Assembly: GCA_035221665.1 (NCBI GenBank)
Contig: CM069158.1
Span: 33,418,001 to 33,482,000 of the forward strand
Source of the DNA: Okamejei kenojei
Taxonomy: Eukaryota
Direction: 5' to 3'
Length of the DNA stretch: 64,000 nt
Of this stretch, positions 1-26,139 are shown piece by piece (positions within the stretch are counted from its first letter, which is position 1; the number at the start of each line of letters is the position of its first letter). The notes under the pieces are model-generated. The model did no database searches and was not told where the DNA came from. It worked only from the letters and a program-made list of their open reading frames with translations. The translations under genes were made by a program, and so were the position numbers.

Positions 1-3000
1 TCCTCCAATTTGTGCTGTGCCTCACTCTGATAGTGGAGGAGGCCCAAGACAGAAAGGTCAGTGTGGGAATGGGAGGTGCTGTTAAAGTGTTTAGCAACTG
101 GGAGTTCTGGCAGGTTTAAGTGGACTAAACAAGGGCAGGATTTGTAGTTCCTTGGTTATTTACAGGCTGTTGATTGTGGGAGTTAGCTTTCAAAATATTT
201 TCTGCTGGCACATTCCAAAGTCCTATGTTTCTTGCTGAAGTTTGCACTGGAGCTTGGATCAATTACCATAGTGACATTCTACAGAAAGAGCTAGTTTCGG
301 GGTCTCCTGCACTGGAAGGTTGGAACCCATAACGGAATAATTCATATCATGATAATATGTTAATCCTGCACACAGAATGATCTGCCCTTTGCTGTGGATG
401 TTAATGGATGGATATGCTGTATTGTACTCCAAATTAGCAATATTGTACTTCAAATTGGCAACCAACTCTAGATGAAGGGTGCATATAGAGCGTTCTGAAG
501 TGGCAGGGAGTCAAATCTAAGAGTATTCAGGTCAGCTTTTTTCTTTTGAGACTGACAATTTATTGTTATAAGGCATCTGAAGAGGTTTTTTTTCCATAAT
601 CCCTTTTAATGTCAAAAGGAATGAAAGGCATTTTTTTAGGAATGTCAACTGGGTGTACACCTCTTTCAAACTGGAACAATCAGGTCTTTCAAATAATACA
701 GCATGTTACAGCACGTGTGCATTTCTCAATGTAAAAGACAATTGGAAGTGTTTCAGATAATCTGAGAGCTTTTAGTTTTGCAACATAATATTCAACAGAG
801 CATACTAAAAAGGGGTAGACCTAAAAATACATTAAATCCTGGAGAAGAAGGGTCTCGACCCATTCCTTTTCTCCAGAGCTGCTGCCTGGCCTGCTGAGTT
901 ACTCCAACTTTTTGTGTCTATCTTCAGTATAAACCAGCATCTGTAGTTCCTTGTGTAAGAAGGAACTGCAGATGTCGGTTTAAACCGAAGATAGACACAA
1001 AAAGCTGGAGTAACTCAATGGGACAGGCAGCATCTCGGGAGAGAAGGAATGGGTCGAGACTCTTCTTTAGACTGTGTATCTGCAGTTCCTTCCTACACAC
1101 ATAAAATCTTTTCATTTTGCCAAGGGCTTTGTTGCAGTAACATCTTGTCTGGTGTACACCTACTATTTCTTTAATGTTGCTAACCTTGCAGGAGTAGGCC
1201 GTTTGGTCCTTAGTCCCTGTACTGGTCGTTTTATTGTTCCCACAGCTCTGTGAAGGTTTTGGCATCTAATGAGTGATGCTTCTGTGGGAATTTAAAAAAA
1301 AACTGCTCAAACCAGATAAAAAAATAATTAATGAATGAGGAAATGCTGTTGGTAAACATTCATGAAGTTGTACACCTCCATTAAATTATTTTAAATTTCC
1401 TGCCTCACAAAAAAGTAACTTTAACTTTAGTCTCTCGCCATGTAATCAAAATCTTTTGCCCGTGGGACCAATATAGTAAATCTGTTCTGCACCACCTCCA
1501 AGGCCTTGACTTCTCAATGCGTGGTTTAGCGCAATATTGTATCTGAGGCATAAACAATATTTTTAATCCATTTTACTTTTGAAAATTCGGGTTGGATCGG
1601 CTGCCACCTTTTCAATCAATATATTACAGATAACTTCCTGCATGTAATTATTGGAAAGGCCTTAATGCTGGTCGAACCTGCAAACTCCATCTCCATTTCT
1701 GTTTAATTGTGTGGCTAAGCCTAAACCAGAGGATTAATTAATGAACATTATTTTGTCCTTAAGATGAACCATCCTTGCTTTCACCAAGGTCATCTATTTC
1801 TACATCTACACTGTTAACTCACTCTATCCTGCCTCAGTTTATTTGTTGACACCCTACTCCATCTCTTTCATTTCTAATTCCTTCTTCGGACTAATCTAGC
1901 ACATACCTGCTTGACAGCCTTCATTCAACCGTCTGTAAATTTGACAAACTATCAAAACTGTGCAATTCACCTCCAAGCTCTCACTAAAACCCTTTGCCAA
2001 TCACTACAGTGCTTTATGACCCTGATCAAAGGATGTCTTTTTTTAACCCATTGTTGTTTTTAATCCCTCCATGAAAACTACAACCTCAATCTTCCTGCAC
2101 GATCTTCTAAACATACAAAGTTCCGGATCTGCCTTCTTTAGCATTCACTTCATTTCAGTTGGTTTTTCCTTTCGCTGGCAAGGTGCCAAGCTGTAGAATT
2201 ACTTCCCAAAACTTGTCTGCCTCTCTTCCCTTTGAGATGCTGCTGTCAATTGGTATCACATTTTGTTTGATAATGACCCAGCGAGGCCACATGGGTTCAA
2301 AGCAAAGCATTATAATACATATGAAAGCTTTTGTTGCTTTACAAAGATTTAACATAACTTCCCTTGCTCGCATTATGCCTCTCTTGTAGCATAGGTCCCT
2401 TATGTTTTTATCTTGCAGTATTCCATGTTTGATCTGTCAGCTCCACAGATTGTATACTCCAGGAAGTGAGTTTAACAATGCACCAAAAATAGACACTAAA
2501 AGCTGGAGTAACTCAGCGGGACAGGCAGCATCCCTGGAGAGAAGGAATGGGTGACGTTTCAGGTTGAGACCCTTCTTCAAAATTGCACTATTCGGTTTAT
2601 ATAGCCTCTTCTTGTGATGTATCACTTTACGATTCTAAATTTTAACTACCATGCCAGCCTGGCCGAATAGCCTACTTCCTTCAGAAGGATGTCGTTCTTC
2701 TTGTTGATAAATATATTTTCATAGCCCCTGCAAACTGAAATTATACATTATATAACTGATCGAAGCCGTTAATAAATATCAACAATTAATTTTCATTTTT
2801 TCTCTCTCTCTTCCATCTGCATTTCCTCAAACATCACCTTCCCATTATACTGCTGTTCTTCCATGCAGCGTGGAAACCCAACTGTTCAGCAACTGATTGG
2901 CAAATGGCATACCATTCTGTACTGGTGCTGTTTAAAAAAAGATTTGGAATAACTAGTTTTCTTCTCGAGAATCTTGCCTTCCTTGATTGATTCTTAATAA

Positions 3001-3277
3001 GTAAGGTGATAGGTTACGAGGGGTAGACAGGAATACGGTGATAAGGTTACAGTCAGACAGCTGAGCAGGCTCAGGGGCCAAATGGTATGCCCAGTGCCAA
3101 ATTCTTATGTTAGGTTTTTCTAATGAGAATGGTTCTTCGATGAGCTAAGAGTTTTTGCCTCCTGGAAAGGAGGAAGTATCTAACCTCTGTACATTGCACA
3201 CCACAGCTTGGTGAACGATGCACTATGTGTAATTGCCAGTTATGAAATAGATTTTACTTTTGCCCCAATTTAATTAA

Positions 3278-16438
<13,161 letters not shown>

Positions 16439-17050
16439 TTGGTACAAAGTCTGTCCCTTTCTAGCTGATCTGTAAATGTTGTGTGAACATAATCAGCTGC
16501 AGCCAAAAGACTCGTGTGAAAAACATTTTCCCTGTTGTTCAGTCACAGATTTAAAACACCATGGTTTCTGAATTAAAATATTAATGTTTTTTTCTAGTTT
16601 TGCACTTTTTGAAGATCCAAAAAACATATTTCCCACAAATTTAATTTGCTAGTCTTTCCAAAATTGAAATTGCTTTCGGCTGATAAGAATGTGCAATTGA
16701 ATATTCTGATATTTTATTTAACTATCACAATTTTTGTTACCCATCCGCTTTTTGCCATGTCTTATCAACGTTTCCTTGCATTGACTATTCCTTTCATCCA
16801 ACATGTAAACCAGGAAGAATCCTAATATGTGTAAGAGCAATTCAGGAATTATAGCTTCGTAATTACCTCCCTGGCTTCCACTTATTTAACTTCACACAGA
16901 CCAGGGTTGGAAACTGATAGTAGATAGGGAATTACAGCATAAAGTGTGTTTTGTTTCAAAGACATAAGGTTGCTAGAAAATACGTTTTAAAATGTGTGTG
17001 TGTAGCAAATTTGGCTAAAGTTGTGTGTAAGAAAGTTAGACATCGTGGAA

Positions 17051-17056
17051 AATAAA
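17051..17056 (+). promoter_or_regulatory. candidate polyadenylation signal of R3HDM4 (second AATAAA at 17381)
   Basis: AATAAA about 610 nt after the stop codon; no transcript evidence. Confidence 0.35.
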
Positions 17057-18754
17057 TGAATTGACGTAGGATTTGATATTATATAGATTTGTTTTTAAAC
17101 CTTTACTTGTGAAAGATCTTTCGATTTTGTGTGCATCTTTCAAGAAAGAAGTTGGAATTAAATGGTATTATGTGAATCGTGCTGTATATTTTTGCTCAGC
17201 CATGATTGAATGGCGGAGTAGACTTGATGGGCCAAATGGCCTAATTCTACTCCCATCACTAATGCTGATGTTGATACTTCGGAACACATACTTCAGTTTA
17301 CCATGGTATGAGATAATTACCAGAGGTTTTAAGATGTTAAAGGGAATGCTATGTCTTATTTTATGCGGTCTGTGCTATTTAATAAAGTTTGTCAAAATAA
17401 TAAGCCAAGCTTCAGTTTGATATCTGTGAGATGTTTCCATTGTGTGGAATTTTATTTTATTTTCAATCTTCAATTTTTCTCTGCTGCAATACAAATACTT
17501 GTCGCACTCACTAGCCTCTTAAAAACATCATATTGCTTCTGTGGTTACGGGCAGCCAGAATAATTAGTAACAAATGTGCTATATTGTAACAAAGCTTTAC
17601 ATCATTATTCATCTTCTGTTTACTTCTAGGCAAAGCTAATACACTTTTGCCTCACGCTACCCACAATCAACATCGCAAGATCAATTATAGTTGCTCAGAC
17701 TTTGGAAGATATCAGTGTCGACTGACTCACAATATCTAGGGTGGCACAGGATAGTTACTGCTTTACAGCACCAGAGACCTGGGTTCAATCCCAACTACGG
17801 GTGCTGTCTGTACGAAGTTTATAAGTTTTCTCTGTGATCTTTGGTTTCTTCCCACACTACAAAGACGTACATGTTTGTAGGTTAATTGGCTTGATATAAA
17901 TGTAAAATTGTCCCTAGTGTGTGTAGGATAGTGTGTGTGGGGATCGCTGGTCAGTGCGGACACAGTGGGCTAAAGGACTGTTTACGCACTAAACTAAACT
18001 AAAAAATTTATCTTGGGTGCAATTTCTTAAGGAATTATTTCATAATTAGATTGCATGCTCAGGGAGTAATAAAATTGGCAGCAAAGGTAATATTTATTTT
18101 TTATGCTTGGGCAAGAGCAGAAAACATTGCTGACTTATCCATGTACCAGAAAATGAAGAGAGAACACAGGACTGAAATTGACAATATACCAAATATCTCT
18201 ATGTTGCAGTTCATAACTTGGATCCATAGTTTCTCAAAACAACTTCTTTTTATTTGCTACGTAAATTCTCATTCCTTCCAAAATATTAAGATACAACAAT
18301 GTCAAATATAGCTTTCAGATCACAAATTAAAATTTTATTGCAGATTACATTTATATTAGATTATATATTTGAACTGTAACATACCCATAAGCCACTTAGC
18401 TCAGAGTTAAATGCTCCATTTTATTTGACAGATGAGGATGTTCTGAATTTACAAATATTGATTTCTCTAACTTCAAGTAATCCCTCCCCCATCCTAGTCG
18501 TCCCGTTGAGTTCCACTTTCTGTATTAACCCCCAAAACCAACAATGAACCATTGTGGGCTCCACATTTCATGATTATTGTTCCTTTCTGCATATCTTCCA
18601 TTCATTTGTCCTAATTATCGTCCATATCTCTCTCGTCCCCGTGACTCTTAGTCTGAAGAAAGGTCTTACCCCGAAACGTCACATATTCCTTTTCTCCAGA
18701 GCTGCTGCCTGACCAGCCGAGTTACTCCAGCTTTTTGTGTTTGTATTCGATCTC

Positions 18755-19648
18755 GATCCAGAATAGAATGAATAGAATGCCTTTTATTGTCATTCAAACA
18801 GCTTGGTTTGAACAAAATTGCATTTCTAGTCTTAACATTACAAAAACATCCAAGACCCACACTTAACACAGTTTACACAAACATTCATCACAGTGAATCT
18901 CCTACACCTCCTCACTGTGATGGAAGGCAAAAGTCTTATCTCTTCCCTTTGTTCTTCTCCCGCGGTCCAGCAGTCCAACTGCAACGTCGAGGCGACTGGG
19001 ACTCCCGATGTTAATGCCCCCGGCGGGCAATGGTAAGTCCCGCGGCAGTTTAAGGCGCGCCGGGTGATGTTAGACCCCATTCCTAGTCATTAAACCTCGC
19101 GATTCCAGCGGGAGAAGTTGCTGTCGCGGGAGCTCCGAAAAGCGGTCTCCCACCAGGGACCTGCGAGCTCCCGATGTTCCTGTTCACTGGGCCTGCGGCC
19201 GGAGCCTCCGAAGCTCTGAAGTCATGTTGCAGCCGCGCGCCACCACAGCTCTTCCCGTTCCGAAGTAAGCCAGCTCCGCGATGGCGAGTCCGCAGGCTCT
19301 GTGAAGGAGCCATCCTTCACAGTGGATGATCAGCCATGATCAGATTGAATGGCGGTGCTGGCTCGAAGGGCCGAATGGCCTCCTGCACCTATTTTCTATG
19401 AGCCCTCAGGTTGGTTCCGGTTGGAGGCCACCACCGGCTCCACGATGTTAGGCCCAACGACATCGGAGATCCGACAGGGAAAAAGGGAAGAGATTAACGG
19501 TTTCCCCCACCTCCCCTCCCCCCATATATACACAGCTAAAAAATAATAAAAACTAGAATCAACACATACATTCAACGAGACAAAAATTTAAAAAAAAGAC
19601 AGACGGACTGCAGTCGAGCCGCTGCCGAAAGGCGCCGCCACACCACAC
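18755..19648 (-). mobile_element. about 0.9-kb CpG-rich non-coding retroposon, unclassified, with nested CR1 3' fragment (about 19325-19400)
   Basis: Minus-strand AATAAA plus (ATTCT)n tail at about 18757-18790; related 3' segment at about 62225-62440 (+). Confidence 0.5.
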
Positions 19649-20150
19649 TTCAAGGTTGTGCAATGTTTATAAATGTCTAGCTGTGAATCTTGGAGAAAAG
19701 CACTTCCTAACTCACAGATACAGTGCATGTTTTTGGAGGTGCTGAAAGATTTCCCCAACCCGATATTAAATTTAATATTTAGAATTTTTATACACATGAC
19801 CTCTGAGTTAGCAAGATAGCAACAATAATCAATTATTTACATACAGTATTTATATTTTATACAATTGTAGAATTCAATCGAATACCTACATATTCAAATC
19901 ATATCAATAATACAAAATCTCCTCATTGAAAATTGGGGACAACAATGGAGCTTCAAGTAATAAGGCAAGTCAAATTTGAGCAGTGGGCACAAATACCAAA
20001 GAATTAAATTGTTACCCTTGCTCCACAATTTCAAGGCATGATAACCAAAGACAAGATTGAGTGTGTTAAACGCTCAACCACCTATCCATTTTTTTTTGTG
20101 GATTTCAGTTATCTATACAGTTCACACAGCTTACGTACAATGTACTTAAC

Positions 20151-20299
20151 TTATACAGTAAAGCTTTCACCACATCCACATGTCCCCTTAATATTTGGGT
20201 TATTGAAAACAAATTCACTGGAGAGTTTAGATTCAATAAAATCCATCTCAGTTCCAAGCAGGGTTAACTGTGCTTTCTGATCAATGAACACACGTACAC
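20151..20299 (-). CDS. ISCA1: ISCA1 exon 4
   Basis: cacag|GVRVFIDQKAQLTLLGTEMDFIESKLSSEFVFNNPNIKGTCGCGESFTV*. Confidence 0.95.
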
Positions 20300-23200
20300 C
20301 TGTGAAGAAAACAAAAAATGATGATTAGACTGGATGGAAACAAGCTAGATTTAGTTATTTCCTATGTTTGACCATTCACAAATATCACTGAAATTGCACA
20401 ATTTAAATCAGTGTTTAAAAAATCAACTGTTAATCAAAAGGTGCAGACTGAATATCCCAAACTCAAATTTCTTTATCACAATTATATACCCTATTGCAAG
20501 GTACCTGTTCCTTCTTAGCAGGCCAATATGAAGCAAATTAAGTCATAAATCTAACACATAAAAGTACACTCCTAGCAAACAGACTTTTCAGTTAATACGT
20601 AGAATATTAATCCACTGCAAACCACAGATCGCTGATATTCCATACCATCCTGATTTACTTCTTCATCAAATTTTCCTTTCTCCGTTGCATAGTCTATCAC
20701 ATAGGAGAGTCCACTGCAGCCACGAGTACGGACTCCTACCTTCAAACCAACCTGAAGTACAAAAAACAAAATGGTCTTAATGGCATCAATGCAATACAGA
20801 ATTGTCAAAATGAAACTGATCTATACTGTTATGTATTGCCCAGGAATAATAACAACGGGGTAAGTAATTAAATAGTAATTTACTAACTAACTTTGAACAT
20901 GTTACATCACCCTAACTTACATATAAATGGCTGCAGCAAATTGCAAAGTTTCTGCAGATGATAAGGAATGCAAAGTGAATGCGCAGCGGTAGAGATATGC
21001 AGATACCGGAAAGGACCACCTGTTCAGTCGCAAACATTTGGAAAAAATATATATCCTTCCATCTTAAAAAGATTATGCTTCTTCCTCAAAGGCACTGTCA
21101 CAATCAGGTTTATTTTGCAGTCTCTCTCTTTCAATTCCAAACCCAACTGCTCATCTTTCCTCTTCACCCCTATGCCTCCACATTTAAATGCTTTAGTCAA
21201 ACATAGCTGAGATTTTCGTTTATTGATACTCTAAAGTAAAGTATTATTTAGGCCCATTGAAAAATTCTACTTTTTATTTACAAAAATCATAGAATGCAAT
21301 TTAAAACTTGCTGATTCTGACTAAATTGTATGGTTTTACAAAATTAAACACAAGAATATCATGAATGTTAATGGTTTATTCTACATTAGTTAGAAATATT
21401 TGCAGTATGGCGAACCTATCATGTCCTTTTTTAAACATTTACCATCAAATAAGTATTTCTTGGAATGCCTTAACTCTTATAATGGAGCACACAAACACTG
21501 CAACCCCTCACAAATAGCAATATGACAATGGCTAGATTTTTTTATAGCAACTTAAAGTGAAGAATAAATATTGGCCAGAAACAATAATTCTCATGAAAAA
21601 TAAATAATTCTCTTTTGAAAAAGAATGCCACAGAATAATTTGAGTTCAATTGAATAAAGAAGGCACTTCCAAAGTTCAATACTCCCATAAAAATGGCACA
21701 AGAGTAACGTGCAATTTTTGTCCGGAATCTCTTGGGTGAAATTTGAACTCACGAACTTCTGGCCTATTGTTAGCATTACGATTTTAACTTTGTTATTGAA
21801 AGTGACGTGAGTGGAAGTGTCAAAGGTCTTAGTTTGTAGTATCTAGGTTGACAGAAAGAGCATGAGCGTGCTTGAGACAAAAGATTGTTGACGAAAGGAA
21901 AAAAAAAAAATCAGTTTTGCAATGTAATTCAGTAGTAATCAAGAGTCACATATGCCTGTAATGGAAAATGTAATGAGAAGCTTCAACATATGGAGCATGT
22001 TCACACAAAAACATACGACCCCAAGGACTTGCAGATTTTTGACATTTCTTATTCAAATAAAAAATAGGTGGCACGGAATAAATTACCCAGCCCAAAAGCA
22101 AGAGAAAACTGATTAAACAAAATACTTTTGGATGGAAATTTCCTAAGGAGACACATAACTGGACCCAATTAACGTGTTTAAAAGAAAATGGAAAATAACT
22201 ATATATCACAATGGTTAGCAACAATCCTTTTGCCTATTGAGCATGTATTTTTAAAACACCTTCCCTAGAACCAAATGGAAAGTACCAGTTTCATCCCAGT
22301 CCTTGATAGACGACAGACCTGTCATTACGTGGTTCTGGGAAACAGATTCATTATTGCAACAGAAGATGCTCTTCCACAACTGGGCAGTTAAGACGACATG
22401 TACCACCAAGTTTGCCATTGACATAATGAGTAACAAAGTAGACATTTTTATTTTTGGAATGCAAAATCTTATTTGCTAAAATTCACTTTTACTTACACAT
22501 TCTGGTCTCTCTTGCAGAAGATTTTTAATTCTGTTTACAGCCGACGAAGTCTGAAAATGAAAAATAAATATATGGAGTCAAATGTTTCAGACTGAGCAAG
22601 TTAAATATAGATTAGATAATATCAGTGTGGCACAGTGGTAGAGCTGCAGCTTTACACCACCAAAGAACTGGGTTAGATCCTGACTACCGGTGCTGTCTGT
22701 GCGGAGCTTGTACATTCTCCCTGTGACCGTGTCGGTTTTCTCCAGTTTCCTACACACTCCAAAGAAGTGTGGCCCTCTGTAAAACTGCCCCTAGCATTTA
22801 GGACAAAACTAGTGTACTGGTGATCGTTGGTCGGCGTGGACTCGGTGAGTTGAAGGACCTGTTCCCACACAGTCTAAACTATATCAAAGTAGCATCAGTA
22901 AGGTCAGAATATACATACAAAAAGCTGGAGTAACTCAGCGGGACATGCAGCATCTCTGGAGAGGAGGAATGGGTGATGTTTCGGGTCAAGACCCTTCTTC
23001 AGTCTGAATAAACGTCACCCATTCCTTTTCTCCAGAGATGCTGCGTCCCGCTGAGTTACTCCAGCTTTTTGTGTCACCAGCATCTGCAGTTCCTTCTTAC
23101 ACATCAGTAACGTCAGTGTTTTTTTTCAATCCTTAAAGTGGTGCTGGTGATGCTGAGCCACCTTGTTGAATCACTGCAGTCCATCTGTCCAGTAAACCTA

Positions 23201-25901
23201 TTCGCACTACGCTCTCAGATTTGGAATTCCAGAATTTTAACGCAGTGACGAGAAAACAACCATTTTTTCCAAGTCAGGATGATATACAACTTAGAAGGGA
23301 ACCTGCTGGCGGGTGTTGTTTTCTATCCCACTGTTCTTAAATTTCAAGGTGGTAGAGGTTAAGGGTTTGGGAGGTAACGTCAGAGCAGCTTTGGCAAGCA
23401 ACTGCAGTGTATTTTGTAAATAGTATATACTGCAGCCACGGTACTCTGCTGGTGCAGAGGATGAATATTTTAAATACAAGGTTGCAGTTGGGGTACAACT
23501 AAGCAGAAAACAAGCTGTTGGGGGAACTGACCTACTGAGTTCCAATTGAGCAGCAATGTATAGATTACTAGTGAGCAAGTGCTGCTAGAAACAACTGTTA
23601 ATAATACCTTGCACCCTCAAGTGATGATTGAGAATAGACTGTCCGATTTGCTACAGTAATTCTTTTTTCTGCACTCAGAATTTTTTCAATTTGTTTTGAA
23701 TCAAATCAATGACCAAGACTTAACAATCCTCTGAGAGAATTACAAATAATCACCACTGTAAATTAATACATTTCCTCTTATCTCATCTTAAAGGCCTACT
23801 CCTTCAAAAATGTTGCGTTCTTTAAGTCTTGAAAGAATTACAGTTTTAATGAGGTGTTTTATTCTTCTAAACTCCACATCTCGGACCCGCAGACCCTCTG
23901 CACAGGAGCATCGCAAGGCTGCGTACTCTCCACTCTCTACACCAACGACTGCACCTCCACAGACTCCTCTGTCAAGCTTCTCAAGTTTGTGAACGACACA
24001 ACCCCAATTGGACTGATCCAGGAAGGGGAGGAATCTGCCTACAGTCAGGAAGTAACACGGCTGACGTCCTGGTGCCTTTGTAACAACCTGGAGCTCAATT
24101 CTCTTAAGATGGTGGAATTGATAGTAGACTTTAGGGGAGTTCCCCCTCCCTACCATCAACAACACCACAGTCACATCTGTGGAGTCCGTTAAGTTCCTTG
24201 GAACCATCATCTCCAAGGACTTTAAAGGGGGAGGCCACCATCGACTCCACAGTCAATATGGCCCAACAGAGGATGTAGTTCCTGTGGCAGCTGAGGAAAC
24301 AATCTGCCACAGGCAATGATGATCCAATTCTATACTGCCATCGTAGAGTCTGTCCTCACTTTCTCCATCATGATCTGGTTGGCTCAGCCACCAAGCATGA
24401 CATCCGGAGGCTGCTGGGAATTGTTCGATCAGCTGAGAAGGTTGTTGGCTGCAATCTTCCCCCCATTGATGGACTGTACACTGCAAGGGCCAGGAAGTGA
24501 GCAGGTAAGATCATCTCTGACCTTTTTCACCCTGGCACAAACTCTTTGAAGCACTTCCCTCTGGAAGGTGACTCCGTACAGTCAAAGCCGCCACAGTCAT
24601 ACATAAAAACAGCCTTTTTCCACGTGCAGTAGCTTTACTCAATAACCAAAAGTCTGTAGCCTCCTTTTGCTCTGGTATTTTATTTAATTCACATGTTTAA
24701 ACTATAATGTTTTATTCTTAATGTTTTACTGTATGTCGTTTTGTTACTTGCGAGCGGAGCACCAAGGCAAAGTCCTTGTATGTGTACATACTTGGCCAAT
24801 AAACGTATTCATTCATTCAGAATGTGGAATATCATTGAGAAATTGGAACACCAAGGGGACCTAAGCTTGAGGAACAATATCTCATTTTCCGTTGTAGCCT
24901 TCCGGACTCACAATTGAATTCAATAACTTTGGGAAACTGAAATTCTTAGTTTGTAACAGTCATCCACCTGTATTGTTAGCTCTGGTTGCCTTTCGACCCC
25001 CCCCTTCTCTGGAAGAAGGTATAGGAGCCGGAAAACTTTAAGGTCCACGTTCAAGAGCTGCTTCTTCATAACAACCGTAATTACGCACTACAACCTCCAA
25101 ATAAACTGCGAACATCATCATTTCTATCTTTACATTATTGTTTTGTTAAATATATATTCATACCGAACTTTTTTGGTTGTGTAAGATGGAGTTTACAGAT
25201 TACTATGTTTACACAACTGTTGTGCTGCTGCAAGTAAGAATTTCATTGTTCCGTTTCGAGACATTGACAATAAAAGACTCACTTACACAACCTAACCTGC
25301 GAAACCTGTCCTGCATTTCGTAACTCAGTTTTTGACAAAGTTCTTTTGTCCATGTTCTTCACTCACTGATCAGATAAGCAGGTTCACAATTTACCCCCAT
25401 GGTCAGCCCCACTTTTACCCTGTTAGAGACCATCACCTCCCCACCCACTCTACAGTTTTGCATCTACCTTCGCCTTTCATTTCTGAAAAAGTACCCTCGA
25501 CCTGAAACGTTGACCTTGTTTTCCTCCATACAGATGCGGCCTGATCTGACTATTAACAGCATATTTGTATTTTTGCCACTCCAGCAATCATTTAGCTAAG
25601 ATGGTTTCAATGCAGCAACAAGCAATTGCAGATGCTGATTTACCCAAAAAAAGACAAGTAGTGCTGGAGTGACTCAGTGGGTCAGGCAGCGTCTCTGGAG
25701 GACATGGATAGGAGACGAAGACGTTTCAGGACGAGCCCTTCCTCAGAATTCTTCAGTCTACATTCTTCAGTTAAATTAAAAAAAAAAAGATTCGCGCTCA
25801 GGTGCCGCGTCCCGCCTTACCAGCAGCAGGGCGGCCCGGGTGGGCAGACGCAGTCTCCGGGCGCTCACCGCCCTGACACTCGCCCTCACGGACGCCGCCA
25901 T
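20151..25901 (-). CDS. ISCA1: iron-sulfur cluster assembly 1 homolog (A-type carrier), complete, 129 aa
   Basis: Exons 25901-25821 (81 nt), 22550-22497 (54), 20751-20646 (106) and 20299-20151 (149) total 390 nt, all GT/AG. Arg/Ala-rich mitochondrial presequence MAASVRASVRAVSARRLR; Cys ligands in RTRGCSGLSY and GTCGCGESF. Family is certain; ortholog versus paralog status is open. Confidence 0.95.
20646..20751 (-). CDS. ISCA1: ISCA1 exon 3
   Basis: ttcag|VGLKVGVRTRGCSGLSYVIDYATEKGKFDEEVNQD|gtatg. Confidence 0.95.
22497..22550 (-). CDS. ISCA1: ISCA1 exon 2
   Basis: ttttcag|TSSAVNRIKNLLQERPEC|gtaagt. Confidence 0.92.
22908..23101. mobile_element. fold-back mini-element of the same family
   Basis: Near-perfect inverted arms; 15-bp TSD CATCAGTAA(G/C)GTCAG at 22893-22907 and 23102-23116. 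Confidence 0.75.
23870..24818 (+). mobile_element. Rex1/Babar-type LINE 3' fragment
   Basis: TGASQGCVLS, KLLKFVNDTT, FYTAIVESVLTFSI; AATAAA plus (ATTC)n tail. Confidence 0.85.
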
Positions 25902-26060
25902 CTTGTCCTTCCAACAACAACAACGACGACGACGACACGCCTCCGACAACAGCCCGACCTCGAGCCCCACGTCTCTGCTCTGCACTGGCCGAGAGGGAAG
26001 CCAATCGCACCCCGGCCCGGCAACCACTACATAGCGGGAGATTCGATGCAAGCGTCGGGA
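25790..26060 (-). promoter_or_regulatory. CpG-island promoter/5' end of ISCA1 with YY1 motif over the start codon
   Basis: GC/CpG-rich island in an AT-rich background; GCCGCCATCTTG (YY1 consensus) at 25894-25905; CCAAT near 26001. Confidence 0.7.
25821..25901 (-). CDS. ISCA1: ISCA1 exon 1
   Basis: ATG at 25901-25899; MAASVRASVRAVSARRLRLPTRAALLL|gtaag. Confidence 0.92.
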
Positions 26061-26061
26061 G

Positions 26062-26139
26062 TCCAAACATCACCTCAGGTGCTGCCTGACTCCAAACATC
26101 ACCTCAGGTACTGCCTGACTCCAAACATCACCTCAGGTA
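26062..26139 (+). repeat. 29-bp tandem repeat, about 2.7 copies
   Basis: TCCAAACATCACCTCAGGT(G/A)CTGCCTGAC starts at 26062, 26091 and 26120. Confidence 0.9.

Noticed and set aside
26062-26139. 29-bp repeats of CRISPR-like length
   Set aside because: Head-to-tail with no spacers, in a vertebrate genome.
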